DNA of 64,000 nt from a virus (lineage: Duplodnaviria > Caudoviricetes), in the IMG/VR virus record IMGVR_UViG_3300020576_006930, positions 64,001-128,000 of that record, one strand, 5' to 3'. Positions 46,403 to 56,919 of the stretch are shown piece after piece; the first letter of the stretch is position 1, and each line of letters opens with the position of its first letter. Under the pieces are notes generated by a model, which did no database searches, was not told the DNA's origin, and saw only the letters and a program-made list of their open reading frames with translations. The position numbers were made by a program, and so were the translations under genes.

Positions 46403-49156
46403 ATGAATTTATATAACAAAATAAATAATGAAAATTATGGTTTCTCTGTGGCGACCAGAGATAAATGGCTGGTTGTCGGTAATCCTTCATTTTATAGTTG
46501 GCCGCCTGCTGAACTGGGAGTGGCTACCAGTGGTTCCGTAGATGTTTTCCTGTATAGCAAACGGTATGATCAACACCTCTTACAGAATACTCTGTTTCGA
46601 CATCTTTTGGCGGACGAAGAAATTTTGTTGGCCGCGGAGACAGGTTCGGGTGGTCAACCACCAACAGGATCCATAATTTCAGGAAGTTTACACACCGAAG
46701 CGACGGGATCTTTTTCGGATACGGCAGACTCCGATATAATCCTAGACTATGGGACATATCTCAGTGGTTCGGTGAATGATTACGGTCGGGCCGTGGACAT
46801 CCATAACCGATTATTGGGAATCGGTTATACCTACAACCGATTATTATTTCAATTTGATTCCGGAACGCTCGATATTAGTTCCTCCGGCGGCGTGGACATG
46901 TATGATTTAGGCGTTTATGACCCCGACACCGTTTCATTCCGGGAGGTTATCACTTCCGATTCCTACTCAGGTTCGGATGGTTATTACTATTTTATGGCCT
47001 CCGTGCCGCCCGGTTATTCCGCGGTTGCTTTACAACGGACAACCGATTTGGTTAATTGGAATACCATCCAAACTCTCTCCACTGACTATGAGGCCGGAGG
47101 CCAATACGCATTTCGTTTCCCGCAATCAGAATATGTTGGAAATTATCGGTTGACGGAATCCGTTGATTATGATCCTTACATTTTAACCTTGACTAATCCG
47201 GTCCCGACCGTGACTGGATCTTTCGGTTGGGCAGTCTCTATCAATGACGATTGGGTCGCAGTCGGTTCTCCATTTTATAGTTCATCCCGTGGAGCGGTTC
47301 ATATGTTTCGCAAATTTGGCGGCACGGCGCTCGCAAATTTAAGCTGGTCGCTTCATTCCACGATCACCGCAAGTGATGCTCAACCTGGAGATTTATTCGG
47401 ATATTCCTTGGAACTAAATAGTGCGCCGGGAGTCATAAACTACACAACACGCTCCGTTGCGTATTCTCAGAGTATGGTTATTGGCACTCATCGCCCAAGT
47501 GGTTCAAAGGTTTATTACTATGAGATTAGCGGCAGTGGTGGTCTTTCAGGAAGTATTAGCAGCGCCAGTTGGCAAGAAACTTTTTACTTCACTCCGACCT
47601 ATACTAATTTACCACTGACATATTATCCCGATGCGTATCCGATCTTATCCTCTTCCTGGGCCGGGCCCAGCCCAGTTGCGGATATGTTTGGTTATGACGT
47701 TTCCATCTATGGCGACACCGTTGCCATCGGCGCTCCATTTGATCGGTATTATTTTGAATACACCCAGTCCGCAGTTTATCAACAAGGCGCTTTCTATGTT
47801 TTTGAAAGATGTCCAGTTGCGGACTATGGATTTTCGTTGAATATGAAATCCCACGGTACGGAGGATTCTCTTAAAAATCACCGTTTAGGTTATTCACTCG
47901 ACACCTATGCGGGAAAATTGGTGGTTGGTTGTCCTAAGTTAACGACTATCCAAATGGGCTCATCATCTCTATCGCCGTGTTATATCCAAGGTTCTTTATA
48001 CCAAGCACATTTCTGTCGGACCGAAGAGGAATATCAGATCCAAGGTCAGTATTGTTATTTACAATACAACACCGGATCAAATCTGTGGGAGTACAACAAT
48101 ACTTATCAAATTAAAAAACGCTATCTTGCGCCCTATCGCAATTTCGGTTGGGGGATTGATATGTCGGATCGCTTTATCGTGGTTGGGTCACCAATGAATA
48201 TCAGTGGTTCCAAACGCACAATAGACATCTATTACACCGGTAGCAACCTAAATGACTTCGATCCCATATCGGGACAAGCTTACATTTACAACCTTGCCAA
48301 TTATAAATCCGAATTTCAAGTTGGGAATGTGTTTTATCGCAATGGCAAAATTGTGATTATAACCTCCGGCTCACAATTTGATGGTTTGTTTTTCAATCCC
48401 ATATCCGATGCTGACTATCAATACGATCTGATGTTTCATAACAAGCAGACGTTACACGAAAAACAAATTATTTGCTCTGTGGAACCAGGGGAATTTAATG
48501 TCAGTACCAATCCAAGCTCCACCTCCATAACTAGGTCTCTGTTTGATATCAATCAGAACGGGGTTTTTGATTTTCAAGATGTTGATGTGTTGTTGATGTA
48601 TATGAACTACAAACGTACGGAGGGGGATAGTGATCAGAACTCAAACTGGTCTGCTTCCGTTTTGATCGCCGATGACGAAATCTGTTGGCACGATTATTTG
48701 AAAAACTCCGGAAATTTTTATGGGACAAACGAATTGTATAGTTCCAGTTTTGCGTGGTTAAATACAACTGCGATGTATTCGGCACTGGATTTTAATCAAG
48801 ATAATATCATCGATGTCAATGACCAAAATATTCTGTGGAAGTATTTTTCCAATCGTTTAAATCAAACTAATTTTGATAAATATCTGACAACAAATTCCTC
48901 CCAACGGCTTTATAGTTCGACCGTCGATCAGTTAAATGCCAAAACCAATCGCAATCACTTACCCACCATCCGTTCCGAATTTTTTGATTATGATCGGTTA
49001 AGCAAAAATGATCAGACGGGATCTTATTTGACTCCCTATGTGACTTCCATCGGCCTTTATCAGGATGGTGAACTGGCTGCAATTGCTAAATTAGGTAGTC
49101 CCATTAAACTATTGCCTGATTATCCCTATAACTTTGTAGTGAAAATGGATTTTTAA
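46403..49156 (+). CDS. Structural protein: FG-GAP propeller, EF-hand/dockerin-like loops, tail-collar C-terminal domain
   Basis: FGWAVSI..VAVGSP repeats; DINQNGVFDFQD and DFNQDNIIDVND; YVTSIGLY..AIAKL..VKMDF. Confidence 0.75.
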   Translation: MNLYNKINNENYGFSVATRDKWLVVGNPSFYSWPPAELGVATSGSVDVFLYSKRYDQHLLQNTLFRHLLADEEILLAAETGSGGQPPTGSIISGSLHTEATGSFSDTADSDIILDYGTYLSGSVNDYGRAVDIHNRLLGIGYTYNRLLFQFDSGTLDISSSGGVDMYDLGVYDPDTVSFREVITSDSYSGSDGYYYFMASVPPGYSAVALQRTTDLVNWNTIQTLSTDYEAGGQYAFRFPQSEYVGNYRLTESVDYDPYILTLTNPVPTVTGSFGWAVSINDDWVAVGSPFYSSSRGAVHMFRKFGGTALANLSWSLHSTITASDAQPGDLFGYSLELNSAPGVINYTTRSVAYSQSMVIGTHRPSGSKVYYYEISGSGGLSGSISSASWQETFYFTPTYTNLPLTYYPDAYPILSSSWAGPSPVADMFGYDVSIYGDTVAIGAPFDRYYFEYTQSAVYQQGAFYVFERCPVADYGFSLNMKSHGTEDSLKNHRLGYSLDTYAGKLVVGCPKLTTIQMGSSSLSPCYIQGSLYQAHFCRTEEEYQIQGQYCYLQYNTGSNLWEYNNTYQIKKRYLAPYRNFGWGIDMSDRFIVVGSPMNISGSKRTIDIYYTGSNLNDFDPISGQAYIYNLANYKSEFQVGNVFYRNGKIVIITSGSQFDGLFFNPISDADYQYDLMFHNKQTLHEKQIICSVEPGEFNVSTNPSSTSITRSLFDINQNGVFDFQDVDVLLMYMNYKRTEGDSDQNSNWSASVLIADDEICWHDYLKNSGNFYGTNELYSSSFAWLNTTAMYSALDFNQDNIIDVNDQNILWKYFSNRLNQTNFDKYLTTNSSQRLYSSTVDQLNAKTNRNHLPTIRSEFFDYDRLSKNDQTGSYLTPYVTSIGLYQDGELAAIAKLGSPIKLLPDYPYNFVVKMDF

Positions 49157-49236
49157 GAAATTGTAGAAAAAATGTTTAAACGAAAAAGGTATGAATTGCC
49201 CTGAGAGTTATATTTATATAGTAAGGATAATGATAT

Positions 49237-49485
49237 ATGACACCAACCGCACGACCATCAACTGAAAATAATCTAGCTCAACGTTATAACTCCCAGAAAG
49301 CTGGCGGAGCCTACGACGCTAAAACTATTGGTAAGTGGGGGCTGCATGCGCCAGTGGAAAATTCTCTCCAGTCACGCTTTTGGACTCCTCTTGGATTCCG
49401 GGTCAAAATGAATTCTAGCGAATTTAATAATCCCGGAGGATCTATGTATTTACAAGGTCACACGACCAAAAAATACAAGCCGTAA
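49237..49485 (+). CDS. Hypothetical protein
   Basis: 82-aa ORF downstream of TATTTAT. Confidence 0.6.
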   Translation: MTPTARPSTENNLAQRYNSQKAGGAYDAKTIGKWGLHAPVENSLQSRFWTPLGFRVKMNSSEFNNPGGSMYLQGHTTKKYKP

Positions 49486-49501
49486 ATCCATTCAAAAAGT
49501 T

Positions 49502-49927
49502 ATGTCATTTGGGCACTGGAAACTTCCAGAAAATTTAAAAGCTATTCCCACGGAGGCTATTGGTTTCGTTTATGTTATTACCAATACTCTCACCAATCGC
49601 AGATACGTCGGGAAAAAATTGTTGGTTAACAAAAAGAAACGAAAACCGCTAAAAGGGCGGGTTAATTCCCGACGGTATACCATCGAATCTGACTGGAAGT
49701 CTTACACTGGATCCTCCCCCATTCTCAACGAAGATGTTATAAAATATGGTAAAGACAAGTTCGTTTTTGAAATTTTATCTTTTCACCCCTCCAAACTTTT
49801 GTTAGCTTATTGGGAAACCAAGACCCTAGTTGATCGCAATGCGATTTTTAGTGACGAATACTATAATGAGGTACTTAATTTAAGAATTCGCAATCGGAAA
49901 GCGGTCAATAACGTTATTTTAAGTTGA
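49502..49927 (+). CDS. GIY-YIG endonuclease (T4 endonuclease II-like)
   Basis: GFVYVITN..RYVGKK..ESDWKSYTGSS..YYN. Confidence 0.85.
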   Translation: MSFGHWKLPENLKAIPTEAIGFVYVITNTLTNRRYVGKKLLVNKKKRKPLKGRVNSRRYTIESDWKSYTGSSPILNEDVIKYGKDKFVFEILSFHPSKLLLAYWETKTLVDRNAIFSDEYYNEVLNLRIRNRKAVNNVILS

Positions 49928-49960
49928 TGTTAGTCGGAGGTAGACCGTACAATCCCCTTC

Positions 49961-50905
49961 ATGTCAATAGACCAGACAAAGCTTCTTTCATTGTTAAATG
50001 AAGTGTTCAATCAACAAGCCAAAATCCGAAAAGGGGTAGAGGCGGTGTATTTTTGTCCGTTTTGTCATCATTATAAGCCCAAGTTAGAGGTAAATCTTAA
50101 TGTTCAGAAATGGCATTGTTGGACATGTAATACCTCCGGAATGTCTTTCCGCAGCCTTTTTAAAAAATTAAATGTAGCTAGGTCATATTTTACGCGGCTC
50201 TACGACATAACCAAGGACAAAAGGTTAAATATAGAGGCCCCAGATGACATTAAAAAGGAACATAAACAGCTCCCAGACACCTTCATTCCCTTGGCCGATG
50301 GGTTTTGGGGTGGAACATATGCTTCCCCCCACCGAAAATCGGCTATGTCCTATCTACGGAAAAGAAATGTCACGGATGAAGACATTCTGAGATATAATAT
50401 TGGATATGCGGAAGCTGGGGAGTATCAGAATAGGATCATTATCCCATCTTATGATAAAGACGGGAATTTGAACTTTTTCTCATCCAGAGCTTTTTATGAA
50501 GCTATGACTATGTCACATAAACTTCCTGACTGGAGCAAGGATGTAATCGGATTTGAATTGTTTATCAATTGGGCTGAGGATATTACTTTAGTGGAGGGTA
50601 GTTTTGACGCTTTAGCTATTCGGAAAAACGCTATCCCCCTGTTTGGGAAAACTATGAGTTTTTCGCTGAAGGAAGCGATTATTCGGGAAGGGGTTGGCCG
50701 GGTCAATATTATATTGGATAACGACGCTCGGGGTGCGGCCATCAAAATCCAAGAATTTTTGACCGCTCAAGAGATCGACTCACATTTGATTAAACTTGAA
50801 GAAAAAGACCCATCCATACTGGGGTTCGGTAGGATAAGCGAAATTATACAAGATTCCAAACCATCCGATTTTCACAACATCATTTCTATGAAACTATTCG
50901 AATAA
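49961..50905 (+). CDS. DNA primase (DnaG/gp61-like)
   Basis: CPFC..HCWTC Zn-finger, YLRKR, RIIIP, VEG.FDA, LDNDA TOPRIM. Confidence 0.9.
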   Translation: MSIDQTKLLSLLNEVFNQQAKIRKGVEAVYFCPFCHHYKPKLEVNLNVQKWHCWTCNTSGMSFRSLFKKLNVARSYFTRLYDITKDKRLNIEAPDDIKKEHKQLPDTFIPLADGFWGGTYASPHRKSAMSYLRKRNVTDEDILRYNIGYAEAGEYQNRIIIPSYDKDGNLNFFSSRAFYEAMTMSHKLPDWSKDVIGFELFINWAEDITLVEGSFDALAIRKNAIPLFGKTMSFSLKEAIIREGVGRVNIILDNDARGAAIKIQEFLTAQEIDSHLIKLEEKDPSILGFGRISEIIQDSKPSDFHNIISMKLFE

Positions 50906-50906
50906 T

Positions 50907-53900
50907 ATGCCCATTACCAAATTAAAAACCGATATTGCTAAAGTTTCGCACATCGTCCATGTGGCCGACATCCACATTCGACTTAATAAAAGAAATGAAG
51001 AATATCGTGGAGTGTTTGATAAATTATATGAAGAAATAGCTAAAACACCGGCTAGCACCGTTATTGCGGTCTTGGGCGATGTCTTTCACAATAAATCGGA
51101 AATGGCGCCGGAGGGAATTCAGTTAGCCAAGGATTTTTTGTATACTCTCGCGGAAATGCGTCCGGTGATTTTAATTGCGGGAAACCACGATGCGACATTG
51201 ACTAACCGCAATCGGCTTGATTGTTTAAGTCCTCTGGTCGACGCGCTTAATCACAAAAACATCCACTACCTCCGTGATTCGGGATTGTACAGTTTTGGGA
51301 ATGTGTTGTTTAATAATATGGGCGTGTTCGATCCGGTCGAAAAATATCTTCGGTTCAAGGATATTCCAACCGTTCACAAAAATTCCCACGAACATTTTAT
51401 TGCGTTGTTCCACGGTCCGGTAAACAATGCGCTGACTGATCTTGGGTATACCATCTCCAGTAAATCCTACCCCACCGCTTTATTTGATGGACATGAAATC
51501 GCCTTGCTAGGCGATATTCATATGAAGCAGGATTTACAATTATATGACCCGGATGAAGGTCAACCTTTTATTCATTACGCGGGATCGTTGATTCAACAAA
51601 ATCACGGCGAAGATTTAAAAGGACATGGGTTCAGTTTGTGGGATCTGGGTAAAGTTTCATATACCCACGTTGAAATTCCAAACGAATACGGACATTTCAC
51701 CATTGACGTAGAAAAAGGAAAACTAAATACCGATTTAGCGAATATACCAAAAAAAGCGCGGTTGAGAATTCGTTGCTTTGAGTCGGTCGCCACCGAAGTA
51801 AAAGCGGTTCTGTCCAGTGTGCGTAAGGTCGCGGATATAACAGATGTCATTTACGTGCGGGTAACATCCCCTACCGATCAAAAAACCATCAAAGCTGGAG
51901 CCATTTTATCGGGTGATTTATCCGACACAGAATATCAAAATTCATTGATCACCGACCATCTTAAAAAACAAATGAAAGTGGTGGACAAACCGACCATTGA
52001 AAGTGTGCTCAAGGTGAACAAGGTTATAAATAACCAAGTTAAAAAGGATGGGTTTAGCCGAAACATTCGTTGGAAACCAAAGCTATTTGAATTTGACAAT
52101 ATGTTTTCTTACGGAGAGGGGAATGTCATAGACTTTTCCAAGCTCAGCGAAGTTGTCGGTTTATTTGCTGCGAATGCGTCAGGAAAATCAAGCGTCTTAT
52201 CTGCTCTAATTTTTTGTATCTTTGACAAGTGTGATAAAGCATACAAAGCTAGTTTCATTTTGAACAATCAAAAAATGAGCTTCCGGTGTAAGTTCAATTT
52301 TGAAATCGACGGGATCAATTATTTCATTGAACGTGGAGGGAAAGCGGACAAGAAGGGAAATGTCCCCGTAACGGTAAAGTTTTGGAAAGAAGAAAACGGA
52401 GAAGAAATTGAACTTCACGGGGAAGGCCGGCGGGATACCAACGAAGTTATCCGTGATTACCTTGGAAGTTATGACGATTTTCTTCTAACGACTCTATCGG
52501 TTCAAAACGCAAAAAATTCAAATTCGTTTATTGATATGGGTCACTCCGAACGTAAGGATTTGTTGAGCCAATTTATCGGCCTAACAATTTTTGATCGGTT
52601 ATATAGTGTCTCCAATGAAAAACTTAAAGAACTGACGGTTTTGTTAAAGGAATACAAAAATGACGACTTTACTAAAAAGTTAGTAGAATTAAATAATGCG
52701 TTGGGGAATTCTCAAAGTTTATATAACACTTCCCATATCGAATTGAATCGGTTAGCTTCCGAACGTGAAGAGGTAAATTTAAAAATTGTTGATGTTTCTA
52801 AAGGATTTGTCAATACGGACAATAAAGTCGTAGATCTGGCCGCAGCGGAAAAATCAAAGTCAGATTTAATTCAGAGAATAGAAAAGGAACAACGTTCTCT
52901 CCTCGGTTATACCCAAGCCTCAGTCACGTTACAAAAATCAATCGATGGCTTTCAGAAAGTCATCACCGAACTGGCTCATAAAAATGTTGAGACGATTTAC
53001 ATCCAATTCTCCGAAGCTGAAATTCTTTGGCGGGATTTGAAAAATTCCGTGGATAAAAAGAAGATTGAAGTGCGTTCCAAATTAGATAAATTGGACAAGT
53101 TAAATAAACACGAATATGATCCAAATTGTAAATATTGTGTTAATAACGAATTCGTCAAAGACGCATTGCGCACAAAAGAGGAATTGCCTCAGGAAAAACT
53201 GGCCGCTGCCAAGTTAATTGAACGGCTTCAACAGATCAGTAAGAAAAAGGATGATTTGGCCTGGGTGGTGGCTGATCATAAATTACTCCTCACAACTCGC
53301 GAAAATTTAGTTCAGAGTAAGGATGATTTTAATGATGAATTGGCAAAAATAACCAAATCTGAAACCTTGATCGTGCGCTTGGCGGCAGAACGGGATGCGA
53401 TCACCAGAGACATTGAGTTTTATCACAATCACCAAAAAGACATCGAATCCAATAAACAAATTCAAAAAGAAGTGGAAGTCCTAAATCAGAAATTGAGAAA
53501 TGTCGCTCACACCCACAAGACCGTGAACCAAACAATCTTGGATTTGAATGGCAAACTTACGGTGTTAAAAACTCAGATCGAAGAGATAAAAAAGAAAGTG
53601 GAAAAGGCTAAATCCATCGAAGATGAATATGAATCTTATAGCCTGTATGTCCAATGTGTCGGTCGGGACGGAATTCCCTATGAAGTTATCTCCGCAACAG
53701 TTCCGGAAATTGAACGGGAAGTGAATAATATTCTCAGCCAAATCGTTGAATTTTCCGTGGAATTGGAATCGGATGGTAAAAACATCACTCCGTTCATTGT
53801 CTATGAGAAAAATCGCTGGGCCTTGGAACTATCCAGTGGCCTTGAGAGATTCATTTCGTCCTTGGCCATTCGGGTAGCGTTGATTAACATTTCCAATCTA

Positions 53901-54107
53901 CCACGGATGAATGCGATTGTAATCGACGAAGGGTTTGGGTGCGCAGATGCGGACAACCTCGCAGCGATGAACACCCTATTTGATTACCTGAAAACTCAAT
54001 TTGACTTCGTTTTAATCATCTCCCACCTTGATGCGCTTAAGGATATGGTGGATAAACACATCGAAATCAAGAAAGAAAACGGGTTTTCCAAAGTTAACTT
54101 CGTATAA
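50907..54107 (+). CDS. Fused SbcD-SbcC (Mre11-Rad50; gp47-gp46) nuclease/ATPase
   Basis: DIH, GD, GNHD, GDIH, YAGS phosphoesterase motifs; NASGKS Walker A, CKYC hook, SSGLE signature, IDEGFG, ISH. Confidence 0.92.
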   Translation: MPITKLKTDIAKVSHIVHVADIHIRLNKRNEEYRGVFDKLYEEIAKTPASTVIAVLGDVFHNKSEMAPEGIQLAKDFLYTLAEMRPVILIAGNHDATLTNRNRLDCLSPLVDALNHKNIHYLRDSGLYSFGNVLFNNMGVFDPVEKYLRFKDIPTVHKNSHEHFIALFHGPVNNALTDLGYTISSKSYPTALFDGHEIALLGDIHMKQDLQLYDPDEGQPFIHYAGSLIQQNHGEDLKGHGFSLWDLGKVSYTHVEIPNEYGHFTIDVEKGKLNTDLANIPKKARLRIRCFESVATEVKAVLSSVRKVADITDVIYVRVTSPTDQKTIKAGAILSGDLSDTEYQNSLITDHLKKQMKVVDKPTIESVLKVNKVINNQVKKDGFSRNIRWKPKLFEFDNMFSYGEGNVIDFSKLSEVVGLFAANASGKSSVLSALIFCIFDKCDKAYKASFILNNQKMSFRCKFNFEIDGINYFIERGGKADKKGNVPVTVKFWKEENGEEIELHGEGRRDTNEVIRDYLGSYDDFLLTTLSVQNAKNSNSFIDMGHSERKDLLSQFIGLTIFDRLYSVSNEKLKELTVLLKEYKNDDFTKKLVELNNALGNSQSLYNTSHIELNRLASEREEVNLKIVDVSKGFVNTDNKVVDLAAAEKSKSDLIQRIEKEQRSLLGYTQASVTLQKSIDGFQKVITELAHKNVETIYIQFSEAEILWRDLKNSVDKKKIEVRSKLDKLDKLNKHEYDPNCKYCVNNEFVKDALRTKEELPQEKLAAAKLIERLQQISKKKDDLAWVVADHKLLLTTRENLVQSKDDFNDELAKITKSETLIVRLAAERDAITRDIEFYHNHQKDIESNKQIQKEVEVLNQKLRNVAHTHKTVNQTILDLNGKLTVLKTQIEEIKKKVEKAKSIEDEYESYSLYVQCVGRDGIPYEVISATVPEIEREVNNILSQIVEFSVELESDGKNITPFIVYEKNRWALELSSGLERFISSLAIRVALINISNLPRMNAIVIDEGFGCADADNLAAMNTLFDYLKTQFDFVLIISHLDALKDMVDKHIEIKKENGFSKVNFV

Positions 54108-54139
54108 AATAACCAAAATTTCATATACTTATATGGTGT

Positions 54140-56905
54140 ATGAATTTACTGCCATCGTTTGGTAAGCGTGGACCGGTTTTAAACCTGCTTACCAAAAAAG
54201 TTGATATCGAAGATACCGCTGATTCTTCGAAATACTTTGTTATAACTGAAATCGACACCGTTTTTACAGCTGGAAGAAATCCTGTTGCTTTTAACGGGTC
54301 ATCTTTACTTAAAGATAAATCTGAAGTTCAGATTGAGTGTATTGATTCGAATGGCAATTCCCTTTACTTCGAGCAGGCTAAATCAAAAATTGCTCAATTT
54401 ACCGACGTGTCAAATTTCGTCGTGTCATTTCACGTTTATGGCGATTCATATAATGGCCCGGCCAAACTGGTTTTCGTAGGCATAACAATCGATAATCGGT
54501 TGGTGCGGTGGGTACGAAATATAACCATTGACAAAACTCTTACCAACTCTAAAAAAGTAAGATTTTACAATGAACCAACATTAGAGATTAGACCATTGTT
54601 ATATCCCGTCGTCGATCTGGGCCTGGCCTCCGAAGTTGATGTGGCGACCGTATATCGTCAAGCAACCGCAACCGCAACCGTTATCGGTTTTGTCAGTTCG
54701 ATAACATTTATTTCTCCGGGATTTAAGGGGTCAGGATATACATCAGCGCCAGGAATAGTCATCGGCGCACCCACAGGACCCAATCCCCGCCAGGCCACCG
54801 CGACATGTACTTTATCCGGCGATTATGTCGCCTCCGTCACCATCACCGACGCGGGGCGGGGCTATATTACTTCTCCCGCCATTACATTCGTCGGTGGGGG
54901 ATTTGTTGTTCAGGCCACCGCACAGGTTAATATTACCAATCAAATTAACACCATCGCCGTAACCTCAGGCGGACTTGGCTACACCACTATTCCCGGAATA
55001 ACTTTCACCGGCGGTTCAGGCGCAGGCGCGGTAGCCCACGCTACTATTTCTGGTGGCAAGGTAACGGCAATAACTATTGATGACAATGGCGATGGGTATG
55101 TGTCAGCTCCGGATATTGTCATTGACGATCCGACGCCAACGACCGCGGCGGATTTGAATGTCGCATTAACTTTTCAATCACAATTCTATTCTTATCCGGT
55201 TAATCCATTAGCCGACACGAACCAAGCATTGGTTAATAAAAAACGAACGGAGATTGATTATCGAATTGTTAATTCCGGGATATCTGATGCGGATTTATCT
55301 CCGGGATTAATTCAGACCGGATCCTTTAATGCGCAGATGGAAGGGCGTGACATAACCCTTACCATCGCGAAAATAAAATTGCCTCTGTCGCATAAAGAAG
55401 TGAACGTCAATTTGACCGAAACTTTCAAGGTTAAAAAGGTTGTCGATACAAAAACTTTAGTATTGAATGATCCGTTTTATTACCGTGTTGGTAATAGCAA
55501 ATTCGTAGCGACGATTATCTCCGGATCGTGTTCTATTCCATACAACTATATAAAATACAATACTAATCCTGATTCTAGTCTGACAACCTTCCCGTCTGGC
55601 GCCCATGCGCCCGTTAATGTCAAGGAGTCTTACGTAGAAGCCACCTATCGAAACATAAAACCATTTTCCGGTTTTATCGCGCGGCATAAGTTATATCGGC
55701 GCAGTTTGTTTTATCCTGGAGAGTTTCAACAAATTTCCGACGAACCATTGAATGCGGTGGAATTGTTGACGGACACCGTAACGTTTAATCGTGCGTACTA
55801 TCGATTGGGAACGTTTTATCACCAATTTCATATCAACAAATATTGGTTTTCGAGTTCCGCTGACATAACCCTTCAGGCTAAATCATCTCCACTCAATTCA
55901 ATGTACATTGATTGTGGCGCACCCAAAAACGCGGATGGTTCCAAATATGTTTTGGTAAAAACCGACACCATTGGTAGTGTAAACGATAATAATTATTACC
56001 CTTATAATTCGACGGAATATAACTCTCTCTCAGGTTCATCATACAATTCCAATTTCATAAATCTCAAAAAGGATTCTCTCCACGCTCTTCAATCAGGAAT
56101 TATTATTGAAAAAGATATCCGGGCAACCGATGCGAAGGTTAGTTTTTATTTCACAAGCTCAGTGGCTTCCATTGCCCAAGAACCAACCTATGATCCTGTA
56201 TATGGATTGAAAATTGGAGAAATAAGCACTCAGGAACTGACTTCAAAGAAATTTTTCAATCAACCTCAGACATTGTATTTTACTCCGCAAGACGATTATT
56301 TCGGAACTCTAAAAATTGTTCCCTATAAATGTAATGTTACTTTATCCGATCTCTCTTTAAAAGCTTACGGCGACACTGGATTTTCTCCGGAAGTTCTTGT
56401 TATTCGGGTTCCTTGCCCCCTAAATGTGGCAAACGAAGCTTTTGAATTCCGGGCTGAGTTATATGATATCAATCACATTCTCATCCCAACCGAATTAAAA
56501 GCGACGGAGGGGGTAGATCCGGATGGGATCAGTTTATTGGGTAGTGACCACTTAGGTCAGGTTTTGGTCGTCAATAATAATAACACAACCATAACTTCAA
56601 CTGCGGAAAGTTTCACCATTAATAACAATTTATATCTTCCCCATCTTGTTACAAATTGTTCCCCTACTGATTATAATCGGTTAGTCACCTGGAACGGTTT
56701 AACGGGCGCTTTAGAAAGAACCCCCATCATCAACGTCAGTCACGATAGCGAATACATTACTTTACGTACAGGATCGTGTAAATCGTTCCTCGTGACGCCA
56801 GTGGAGGGGAAATCGGTTAATGTAGCGTTTGATGGTTCCACGGGGGGCCGGCAAATCTATTGGTCAGCGGGCGTGATAAAAACTGTAGTGTCATCGTCAA
56901 TTTGA
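54140..56905 (+). CDS. Structural protein with G.GYTSAP repeats
   Basis: Repeated IT..G.GY.SAP.I.. GA.A.A modules typical of T4-like virion proteins. Confidence 0.7.
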   Translation: MNLLPSFGKRGPVLNLLTKKVDIEDTADSSKYFVITEIDTVFTAGRNPVAFNGSSLLKDKSEVQIECIDSNGNSLYFEQAKSKIAQFTDVSNFVVSFHVYGDSYNGPAKLVFVGITIDNRLVRWVRNITIDKTLTNSKKVRFYNEPTLEIRPLLYPVVDLGLASEVDVATVYRQATATATVIGFVSSITFISPGFKGSGYTSAPGIVIGAPTGPNPRQATATCTLSGDYVASVTITDAGRGYITSPAITFVGGGFVVQATAQVNITNQINTIAVTSGGLGYTTIPGITFTGGSGAGAVAHATISGGKVTAITIDDNGDGYVSAPDIVIDDPTPTTAADLNVALTFQSQFYSYPVNPLADTNQALVNKKRTEIDYRIVNSGISDADLSPGLIQTGSFNAQMEGRDITLTIAKIKLPLSHKEVNVNLTETFKVKKVVDTKTLVLNDPFYYRVGNSKFVATIISGSCSIPYNYIKYNTNPDSSLTTFPSGAHAPVNVKESYVEATYRNIKPFSGFIARHKLYRRSLFYPGEFQQISDEPLNAVELLTDTVTFNRAYYRLGTFYHQFHINKYWFSSSADITLQAKSSPLNSMYIDCGAPKNADGSKYVLVKTDTIGSVNDNNYYPYNSTEYNSLSGSSYNSNFINLKKDSLHALQSGIIIEKDIRATDAKVSFYFTSSVASIAQEPTYDPVYGLKIGEISTQELTSKKFFNQPQTLYFTPQDDYFGTLKIVPYKCNVTLSDLSLKAYGDTGFSPEVLVIRVPCPLNVANEAFEFRAELYDINHILIPTELKATEGVDPDGISLLGSDHLGQVLVVNNNNTTITSTAESFTINNNLYLPHLVTNCSPTDYNRLVTWNGLTGALERTPIINVSHDSEYITLRTGSCKSFLVTPVEGKSVNVAFDGSTGGRQIYWSAGVIKTVVSSSI

Positions 56906-56919
56906 CCGTATTTATGTGT

